The position numbers were made by a program, and so were the translations under genes. A stretch of 64,000 nt of DNA. It comes from Epithemia pelagica. Taxonomy: Eukaryota; Protista; Bacillariophyta. The notes beneath the pieces were generated by a model. It did not search any database. It was not told the origin of the DNA and saw only the letters and a program-made list of their open reading frames with translations. Within the stretch, counting starts at the first letter, position 1. Every line of letters begins with the position of its first letter. The stretch spans positions 930,001 through 994,000 of the forward strand of contig OX337231.1 in the NCBI GenBank assembly GCA_946965045.2. Reading direction: 5' to 3'. This document shows, piece by piece, positions 51,325 through 59,427 of the stretch.

Positions 51325-53127
51325 TCACACACGGTAAGGGATGAGACGCCTGATATTGATGCGCTCGGTAACGTGGGGACCACGTTGAATGGTCACGGTG
51401 CCATTGGAATGGACACGCGTGATAGTGAAAGGATTGGGACTGGTACGAGGTGCCAATTTGTCCGGATTGGTAGCGCGGATGAGCACGCGATCTCCAATCT
51501 TGTAATCATGAAAGACGCGAGAGCGATTTGCGAGTCGAGCTCGTTCGTCAACGATGATTTGGCGTTTTTGACGAATCAATTCCATGTCCACAAGGATGGG
51601 AATGTCGAACAGCATGTCGCGGTGGAACGCAAGACTGCCGGGAGAATGTTTGAGACTGCCGTGGATGGCAGTGCGTGCAGAGTATGCAGCGGTTTGCAGA
51701 GCAGTGTCGACCATGAGAGCGGCCTGTTCAATGTTTTGCGGCGGCTCGTAGTTAACGATAGCGCGTAATGAATTGCCAATCGTCAGATGAAGACGTTCAC
51801 ATAGGGCATTGGATTGTGGATTTTTGACCGTTAGGGGCACTGGCTTGATACCATGATTGCGAAGCACTTGCGTAAACGCATGGCCGATGAACTCGCCGCC
51901 TTGATCGAAAAGGCAACGAACAGGGCGAGGATAGCGTGAAAGCCATGAATTCTCGAGTTGGAGACCAACATGTCGAGCGGTTTTATCGTATATGCGGATA
52001 ATCTCGCAAAAATTAGTGACAGTGTCAGTGACCGTCAGAGCCTGAAAGGTCAGGGCCATGCCATGGACTTTGACTGTCCAGGGGCCGATAAGATCGACGG
52101 CAATGTCGGACCAGGGATTACCACGGACCTCACGAGGAGGCAATTCTCCGTAATGTCGATGAACGACCTTCGACCGTTGACAGGTCGGACAGCTGGAAAC
52201 AGCTTGATCGCAGTAGAGTCCCAATTGGGGATGTGTCATGTGCATGGCGATAGTATCGCGGAGTCGCGTGGAACCAGCGTGGTTAAGCACGAGATGATAC
52301 CAGTTGACTGTATGCGCGAGAAGCGAGTCAGGAATGCGAATGCGCCAGAGGGCATTAACCGATTGTCGATAACAGACAAGGTTGGATTGTGGATTTTCCG
52401 TAGGAAAGGGTTGCAAATGATAATAGTCAGGTTTGGATTGGACCAACGCCATTAAGGCGGCATCGTTTTGTTGATGCTGAAATATCGTAGCATAGTCAAC
52501 CGGTAGGGGTTGGTTGGCCGTAATGGCGGGATGATTAAGATACACATCGATCAACTCTTCGTCCATGAAAATAGGGGATTCATGAGAATCCGCGTCACGA
52601 GACGCTAAGCGGGGGTCATCATTAGGCGCACGAGGAACCTGAAACACGGAGTGTTTGCCGCTATGATCGAAAAGGGATCGTGGTCCAGACGAGGGACCGT
52701 CGGAAGGGACACTCTTCTCCTCCTCTTCTGAAAGAGGGAGACGCGACAACGCGTCGGCGATGACGTTATCCTGGCCAGGAATATAATGAAAGATGGGATT
52801 GTATTCTTCGAGAAAGAGACGCCAACGGTGGACTCGTTGGGAGTTGAGAGTGGAATAAGTGAGATTTTTGTGATCGGTATGAATGTGCAAGGCGGCACAG
52901 CCAAGCAACATGGAGCGGAACTCCTTGAGGGTTTCGACGATGGAGAGTAACTCCTTTTCCATAGTGGTGTAATTCCGCTGAGCGGGGTTGAGCTTGCGTG
53001 AGAAATACGCGACAGGGATGTCTTCCTGCATGATAACAGCGCCAAGCTGATAGTCAGACGCGTCCACAAAGACGTGGAAAGGAATGTTGTGATCGGGATA
53101 GCGGATAAACGCATCATGCGCAAGCAT
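51325..53127 (-). CDS. Retrotransposon RNase H + integrase ORF
   Basis: RNase H residues VDASD, EKELL, TDHKNL, ADALSR; integrase zinc finger (H-H...CPTC), AVDLIGP, FDQGGEF...ALCE (DD35E intact), C-terminal NGTVTIQRG...ERINIRRL. The frame is open from 53247 and there is an ATG at 53127. Confidence 0.9.
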   Translation of the reverse strand: MLAHDAFIRYPDHNIPFHVFVDASDYQLGAVIMQEDIPVAYFSRKLNPAQRNYTTMEKELLSIVETLKEFRSMLLGCAALHIHTDHKNLTYSTLNSQRVHRWRLFLEEYNPIFHYIPGQDNVIADALSRLPLSEEEEKSVPSDGPSSGPRSLFDHSGKHSVFQVPRAPNDDPRLASRDADSHESPIFMDEELIDVYLNHPAITANQPLPVDYATIFQHQQNDAALMALVQSKPDYYHLQPFPTENPQSNLVCYRQSVNALWRIRIPDSLLAHTVNWYHLVLNHAGSTRLRDTIAMHMTHPQLGLYCDQAVSSCPTCQRSKVVHRHYGELPPREVRGNPWSDIAVDLIGPWTVKVHGMALTFQALTVTDTVTNFCEIIRIYDKTARHVGLQLENSWLSRYPRPVRCLFDQGGEFIGHAFTQVLRNHGIKPVPLTVKNPQSNALCERLHLTIGNSLRAIVNYEPPQNIEQAALMVDTALQTAAYSARTAIHGSLKHSPGSLAFHRDMLFDIPILVDMELIRQKRQIIVDERARLANRSRVFHDYKIGDRVLIRATNPDKLAPRTSPNPFTITRVHSNGTVTIQRGPHVTERINIRRLIPYRV

Positions 53128-53140
53128 GGCTTTGACGTTT

Positions 53141-55270
53141 TCAAAGGCTTTCTGACATTGCGGGGGGATCGAAATCAAGAAGGACGCCCAGACGGCGAAG
53201 CAAATCGCGACCGATGATGATATCATAGCGACTGTTGGGAGCATCATAGATGTCGACCCATAAGGGATAGGTTACGTGTTTGGTTCGTGAGAACTCTGGG
53301 AGAACAATGTCTTCCAGGAGAATTTCGGACACACCAGAACGAGTTCCCATGGTCGTGTTCACGGAACGGTCGGTAGACCGCGGTATCATGCCTGGTTGAA
53401 GGCAACGTGAATGAAGAATCGTCTTGTCAGCGCCTGAATCGAGCAGGGCACGCAAGGGAAGCGTATTCTCAACACTGCCAATATGGCGAGCCATGACGAT
53501 GGTGAGTGGAACGCATTCAGGCCGAGAAGGCGAATCTAACGAATGAACATCACTAGAGGAAGGAAATTGGGAGTAGAACTCATCATAAGACTCTAGGTTA
53601 TCCAAGTAACCGTTATTAGGATCAATCACCTCGCTTATAAAAGCGTCATCACGACATAGAGACGCGGGCGTAAGCAGCGAGACCTCCTTGGGTGGACAGG
53701 TCGTAGATGTGGGAAATGTCCATTCCGCGCCCATAGATTTTATTGAGCTGGTCGATGACCTCGTTGATGGGTGCATCGGGATGGATTGCGCTGCCGGCAT
53801 AGCCGTTGGCGGGCCAGTTTGGATCTGACATTGCTGCGAGAACAAAATGTCCAGGTGATGAGTCTGATCGTCAGGAGACGAGGAAAAGGAAGATGAAAGG
53901 TGAGACGTACCGGGGACCGTCTTTTCAGGATTGCGAAGATCGCTCCACTGCTGGATTCCCTCGGCATCGACAGGAATGGTAGGGACGCATCCTGGAGGAG
54001 GAGCTACGGCAGGAGGATTGGCAGGAACGGCATTCCATCCATTGCCGGCACCAGCAGAGTCAGAGGCGTGTTGATCACTGCCACGACCTGGGGCAGAAGG
54101 ACGAGAGCCCCAAGTGGCACGCAGAGGAGTGGAAGAGCCACCACGCGGGTTGTTATTGCTATTGGAACCACCACCTTGAGGAGGATTGTTTCCGGCGTTG
54201 CCGCCACTGGTAGAACGGTTAGAACGTTGAACCATGACGTCAAAAAGGCTTTGATTGAAATTGCGACCCGTAGGATTATAAATGCAATCAGCCCAAGAAT
54301 GGTTGCGATGAGATTCCATCGTGGTCCGATACGGACAGGGATCGGAGTTGCCATCGGAGGCGCCACGATTGTCTCCGGAGGAGTCATTACGGTCGGAGGA
54401 GCCACGGCGATTTCCGCCACGTGAGGAATCACGATTGCCACCGCGGAGTCCACCACGAGAGTGGCGAGAGCGCACGCGACGATCGCGATTGCCGCTGTTG
54501 TTGGAGTCGCGAGGACGAGAGTGGTCTTGACGAGACTGCGAACGATTTTGCTGTTGCTCGCGTTGTAGGGCCTTTTGCCTGGAGGCGCGCTGGTATCCGC
54601 GCATGGCTTGCAAGAGAGCATCCGTGTCAAAGTGATTAACAATGTCCGGCACCAAGGGATTGGCTTGTTGAAATTCCGTGCGCCATGTAGTTGGCGAGCC
54701 TTGGTAAAAGGCTTGTTTGAGTTCGTCTTCCGTGAGGGGGACGATTGCAGCGTCGGAGCTGAGGTATTTGAGACCGTTTGAAAACTTGCGAAGGGACTGC
54801 AGATGCGAGTCCACTGTCATGTCTGAGGGCTTCCGAGGCCCAGAAAGAAGGAAGGTGCGGAAAGCACTAACTTCACTGACAAGGACAAGGGGGGCGAAGA
54901 CCGCAGCAATCAAACCTTGGAAGCAGGCTTTATCGAGATTGGTGCCTGGAGGCAAACCGTTGTAGGCTTCGAGAAAAGGATCGGCGATAGCGCTGGTGAC
55001 CGAGCGAGGGAAATACTCGCAACAAGCGGCGAAGGGATCCGGATGACCGGAGATGCGGATCTTGTCCACGAAGTGGAGGACCCAAAGAAAGAGATCGCGA
55101 GGATCTTCATCCGTCAACTCCCGAAATGGGAGGAGGTTGGCGTAATACTTGTCGTCGTCATCTTTGAGCTTGAGAGAGGAAAAGGAATCGGAGGACAGAG
55201 CCTCATCAACGCGACGTTGGAAGCGGAGTGCATCGACAAGGGTAATGAACCCATTGGTGTTGTCTGCCAT
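53141..55270 (-). CDS. Retrotransposon Gag + aspartic protease ORF
   Basis: Gag with an Arg/Gly-rich region and CPY...H..HSWADC knuckle; protease ALLDSGAD and YDIIIGRDLL; stops 10 codons after LGVLLDF. Confidence 0.9.
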   Translation of the reverse strand: MADNTNGFITLVDALRFQRRVDEALSSDSFSSLKLKDDDDKYYANLLPFRELTDEDPRDLFLWVLHFVDKIRISGHPDPFAACCEYFPRSVTSAIADPFLEAYNGLPPGTNLDKACFQGLIAAVFAPLVLVSEVSAFRTFLLSGPRKPSDMTVDSHLQSLRKFSNGLKYLSSDAAIVPLTEDELKQAFYQGSPTTWRTEFQQANPLVPDIVNHFDTDALLQAMRGYQRASRQKALQREQQQNRSQSRQDHSRPRDSNNSGNRDRRVRSRHSRGGLRGGNRDSSRGGNRRGSSDRNDSSGDNRGASDGNSDPCPYRTTMESHRNHSWADCIYNPTGRNFNQSLFDVMVQRSNRSTSGGNAGNNPPQGGGSNSNNNPRGGSSTPLRATWGSRPSAPGRGSDQHASDSAGAGNGWNAVPANPPAVAPPPGCVPTIPVDAEGIQQWSDLRNPEKTVPGTSHLSSSFSSSPDDQTHHLDILFSQQCQIQTGPPTAMPAAQSIPMHPSTRSSTSSIKSMGAEWTFPTSTTCPPKEVSLLTPASLCRDDAFISEVIDPNNGYLDNLESYDEFYSQFPSSSDVHSLDSPSRPECVPLTIVMARHIGSVENTLPLRALLDSGADKTILHSRCLQPGMIPRSTDRSVNTTMGTRSGVSEILLEDIVLPEFSRTKHVTYPLWVDIYDAPNSRYDIIIGRDLLRRLGVLLDFDPPAMSESL

Positions 55271-55407
55271 GATGGAGAGATGCAATGGTGAGAAAATGAA
55301 AGGAAAGGAATCAAAGGACGGGCAAAAGGAATTGCACAAACGTCGGCCGCCGGAGGCGTGTTATGGTGAAGAAGGAAAAACAAGGGCGTTGAGGAATCTG
55401 ATCAGAG

Positions 55408-55611
55408 TGCCATACCCATGCATAATGGTAGGACGTAAAAATTATGATCTTTAGGAATTAGGCTAGGAAATTGAGCGATGGCCAGAGAAGCCATCTGCAC
55501 ACGGAACAAGGACGGACTGAATTCTGAGAACGTCGGTGTCAAAGATTCAACTAGGGACCTATCGAGTCATGTTTACGTGGAATCGTGGCGGGACAGAGTC
55601 CGGGTACCGCA
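55408..55611 (-). repeat. 5' LTR (204 bp)
   Basis: Copy of 51034-51237, followed on + by TSD tgttc. Confidence 0.97.
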
Positions 55612-56106
55612 TGTTCCTCCTACTTCTAGAGGAAAAATGACACGAGAAGTATTCTATAGGAAGGGTAGTTTCCCACGATCGGGCATGCTCGCGTCCCATT
55701 CAAACCATGACGCGTGACGGTGACGCGTCCGCCACACAAGACTCAAAGGCTGGATCCGCGCCCAAGGCAAATGTAAAAGTCAAACACGAATTCCAATCTA
55801 CGCCCAAGGACATTTCTGACGTTCCAATCCTTTCGTACTTGGACACATTGGGAAATTGCCCTTGTCGCTCGCTGCACGCAGAACGGCGAGAAAAAGACCA
55901 CCACTCTCGCCACAACAGACCCCAAATTGTTGGGTGCTGCTCCTCTTGTCGTTTGTCGTTCTTGTGGATGGGGGTTTTAGATTATTTTTGATATTGCTTC
56001 GCGTAACCAAGAAAAGGAGGCATCTCACTGTTTGGCAATCGTATCTGGTTTTGTATTGGAGTGAGCTGAGCAACCCTTCCAATCACACATTGATCGCCGA
56101 GAAATC

Positions 56107-57135
56107 ATGTCGACTTCTTCCGTATTATCAATGGAGACGGAGCACCATCATCAGCATCCACAACAAGAGAAACTCGAAACTTCTTCCTACGGTTTTACGC
56201 AAACCGGTAGTCAAACCATGGGTCATATCAGTGTTCGAGATCAGGGTTGTCACGGTGATGCCACCGCAACAAAGCAGCACCTGAACAAGTCAGATGGATT
56301 GCTCGACGATTTTCATAGCAATCGTACCTCTCATGACTGTCAACGGACTGCGCCGGACGATTTCTCACCAGTCGTTGTTTCTTGCTGCAAGAGACCATTT
56401 ATTGATGAGTTTAGCGATCCTACCGAAAGCTGCAGTAGCGACGATGATGGCTCTTCGTGTTGCAGCTTTTACGACGATGAGGAAGGTGATGTGGATGGCG
56501 AAGGAGCAATCAATTGTGACGCAATACCCATGGTGACTGAAATAAAAGGAAACGTTGTATTTCAGTCTGTCCACATTCGAGAGTATGCTTCAACAGTGGG
56601 CGACCATCCTCTCTGCGTAGATTCCTGCCCCTTGACCTTTGGCTGGGAACATTTGGATTTGGTAGAACAAGACGTTGAATCGTATGAATCGAAGCGATTC
56701 TTCTTCCGACGGAATGTACCGCGACGATTAGATATTGATCAACGGAGAGATCGTATCAAGGAAACATGTGATATGGACGATCAAACCTTGCAGGATTTGG
56801 AGTTTCAAGTGGCACTGGAAAGACTGAATTCATCTTCACCCAAAGCGTTATCCATGCGTTCCAACCAGGATTGCGAAGATGATGAGGATGAGGAAATGCA
56901 ATTAGAAATCAAAGAAAGCAAAACAGAGTGCTACGACAATAGCCACCGGTGTCTCGAACCTTTCTTCTCACTAAATACATTGGATGAACAGCAATGCTTT
57001 CTGGAACCGGAAGATCCAGAGTTGGAGGTTAGCCCTACTGCTGAAGCTCCCTTGATGACGATATTTTGGGAGCGTGTCGTGCCGAACGAGTTACCACCAC
57101 AGAAACCATCTCCAACTGCTTCCGTTTGGGTATGA
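56107..57135 (+). CDS. Hypothetical protein of a motif family I recognise as common in diatoms
   Basis: KGNVVFQSVHIREYASTVGDHPLCVDSCPLTFGWEH...DVESYESKR...RRLDIDQRRDRI, flanked by acidic/Cys-Ser low-complexity regions. Confidence 0.7.
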   Translation: MSTSSVLSMETEHHHQHPQQEKLETSSYGFTQTGSQTMGHISVRDQGCHGDATATKQHLNKSDGLLDDFHSNRTSHDCQRTAPDDFSPVVVSCCKRPFIDEFSDPTESCSSDDDGSSCCSFYDDEEGDVDGEGAINCDAIPMVTEIKGNVVFQSVHIREYASTVGDHPLCVDSCPLTFGWEHLDLVEQDVESYESKRFFFRRNVPRRLDIDQRRDRIKETCDMDDQTLQDLEFQVALERLNSSSPKALSMRSNQDCEDDEDEEMQLEIKESKTECYDNSHRCLEPFFSLNTLDEQQCFLEPEDPELEVSPTAEAPLMTIFWERVVPNELPPQKPSPTASVWV

Positions 57136-57267
57136 CACTGACTAGCAGTTTTGGCCATGGTTTGTTTCGCTCCTGAAGCGGTGCTATTTTGCCATCTTTT
57201 TATCGAGAGGTGGTGAATAATAATATCATACATAGTTATCTTGGAGTTTTTGTTAAACTTTTTGGTA

Positions 57268-57479
57268 TCATATCAAACAGCGAACAGTAGCCTGGTCCAG
57301 GACTCAGTTGGCGATTGTTTGTTCGTGCAAAATCTTGCCTTTGTGATTGGTCAGTTTGTCGTCAATTTTCCACTCATATCAAACAGCGAACAGTAGCTTG
57401 GTCCAGGACTCAGTTGGCGATTGTTTGTTCGTGCAAAATCTTGCCTTTGTGATTGGTCAGTTTGTCGTCAATTTTCCAC
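57268..57479. repeat. 106-bp tandem duplication
   Basis: 57268-57373 and 57374-57479 differ by one base (cctgg/cttgg). Confidence 0.95.
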
Positions 57480-58556
57480 ACAATCAAGCCAAACTTGTCC
57501 AAACCTTTTCAACAGTCGGGCCGCCAACCAAGTCCAGCACGATGATCAAGCTACCTTTGAAAAGCATCGTTGTACATGCAAGTCCACAACTGCCTCTGGG
57601 GTCATCCCATCCTCTAGTTCTCTAGAGATATCGGGGGGACCCAGAGTTTCAGCGAAAACTTGCAGATCTGGGAGCCTCCAAGTCATTCCAGTCCACTGCG
57701 GATCCTCAACAAAGGCCTTGACACTGTCTCCTCTGGGGTTATCTATCACCCCATCTACAGGAAGAATTTTTACTCCGCCATTAATATCCTTCATGTTCGT
57801 AGCCCACTGTTTATCCTTCGTGAGGATCACAACTGAGATCTTCAAGGCATATGCTCAAGTGTACAGGCCACTAACGAATTCTTTGTTTGCAGCTGACTCG
57901 GGCAAATCGTCAATGATCAAAATGGGAAGGTCGGCGCGGGTCGCAATCGGACGACCTCTGGTGACTTGTGCTAGTTAAGCAGTGTCGTGTAAATGTACAC
58001 TTGGTTCTTCCGCCGCGGCAGGCGTAACGCAACCTTCCGCTAAACGACGGAGATGACTGAACATTTCCCAGATCTTCGTGCCAGCTGCTCTGGAAACACT
58101 TTTCTTCTCTTGAAAAACAAGGCTAGCACAAAGAATTTTGACAAGTAGAGAGGCGGCGTTCGGGGCATTGCTTCGTAGGAAAGTCGTAGGAAAGTCTTCA
58201 CTTCCGGCATTCACCATAAGAGCTCGTTTCGGACAATCAAAACTAACGTCTTCGCCGTGAAGTAGATGCACGGCAGCAACTGTTTTCCCACATCCTGACA
58301 CACCGTAGCAGATGTACGTCTTCCCAGGAATTGCCTGCGCGTAGTGCTTGACGAAAATGTTGATGGTGTCGCTTGCAACAAGTGTTGTCCTGTCAATTTC
58401 GACATTTAGAAGTGCTCTTTTCTTCGCTGATTCGTTTAATTTATCAATAAGACAATACCATTTGACTGCTTCGACCCAAGATGAAGCCAAATAGTCCATT
58501 GTCTGCGCTGTATTTTGTCCATTCAACTCACTCTGTGCGTCAGCCCACAACTGCTT
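57384..58556 (+). repeat. Direct repeat copy B of 48815-50030
   Basis: Same orientation, high identity, a few small indels. Confidence 0.95.
57546..58499 (-). pseudogene. P-loop NTPase copy B with an in-frame nonsense codon
   Basis: Both ORF pieces are in the same frame. CAA in copy A is TAA at 57977-57975; there are also in-frame indels near VNAG(G)SEDF, including a cgtaggaaagt tandem duplication. Confidence 0.85.
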
Positions 58557-58835
58557 AAGGTTATTGTATGCGCGGCCGTGACGTCATACACCAGTGGTAG
58601 GCGCGCACGTGACAGCCCAACACGAATGAATTATCAGAGATAGCTTCCTCACACAATACGATTTTAGGTGCTTGGTTTTTCCTGGTAACACGTGCCTTAG
58701 GCGATGCCTGTGCAGGTGTGACATGGACTCGCGCGCCTATGTAGAAAATATTTCCTGTTAAATAAAAATTTGATGCCGACAGGTCCAAAATTTGGGTGCC
58801 TGAATGCTTTATGCTATAACTTCATCAAAACTTGA

Positions 58836-58912
58836 TCTAATTGTCAACGGACAAAAGTGCAAGGTAGAAGAGATGTACAAGAAGGTCACTGCATAGTCCG
58901 TTGACAATTAGA
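58836..58912. repeat. 17-bp perfect inverted repeat with a 43-nt spacer
   Basis: tctaattgtcaacggac (58836-58852) and gtccgttgacaattaga (58896-58912). Confidence 0.9.
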
Positions 58913-59427
58913 CTGATATACTCACTTTTATTTCTGTGCTCAAAGTGGCAACAAAATTTAAACTCGAGTTTTTGGCCCTCATATGTCGCATGTACAATGT
59001 AACTCACACTAAGTCGTGACAAGATCAAAAATGGAGTTTTCGCCCTGCGCGCACTACATGCAGCTACAGCTCGTATTGCAATAGAGTCTCTCTAGCTAGA
59101 GGTGCTTGAGCGCTTGAGCTCTCTTCTGTGCTGGATCTTCTCACGCGCTTTAGAAGTCAGTGTCTGTACTGGGTGGAGTGACGTGGCCGATGCTGGCCAG
59201 ACTCCGCGACCGACAACAGAGGTGCGACTGCTCCGCCTCCTCGGCGCGAGGCGAGCATCCGATTTGATTCCCACAATCGGAAGTTTTAGGATGACCCTGA
59301 TGCAGAGTCGTTGGAGCGTGAGAAGAGCTCACTCTTCTTGGGTTCAGCATCTTTGCAACGACTACGAGACGAGTTCGAGATCGCAACGATTCTAGTTAGC
59401 TAATCTTCTGAGTTTACCTTGTTCATC

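Larger units (their letters stand above)
51034..55611 (-). mobile_element. Ty3/Gypsy LTR retrotransposon lacking reverse transcriptase
   Basis: 204-bp TG...CA LTRs with 1 mismatch; 5-bp TSD TGTTC (51029-51033 and 55612-55616); PPT; Gag-PR ORF and RNaseH-integrase ORF in Gypsy order; no RT motifs between them. Confidence 0.95.

Noticed and set aside
55401-55412. Minus-strand TGGCACTCTGAT as a possible tRNA primer-binding site
   Set aside because: The TGGCA part lies inside the LTR and is present in both LTR copies, so it cannot be the PBS; I also could not name a tRNA with that 3' end.
50611-57479. Short direct repeats (50611-50747, 57268-57479) as a CRISPR-like array
   Set aside because: Only two units each, no regular unique spacers, no cas genes, eukaryotic context.
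24931-58586. TGACGTCA palindromes at 24932-24939 and 58579-58586
   Set aside because: Plausible bZIP sites, but two 8-mers in 64 kb is about the chance expectation.
59090-59400. Palindrome ctctagctagag (59090-59101) and hairpin agaagag/ctcttct (~59321-59338) as the DIRS/Ngaro terminal repeat
   Set aside because: The matching repeat would lie beyond base 64000, so the terminus cannot be defined; used only as an approximate boundary.
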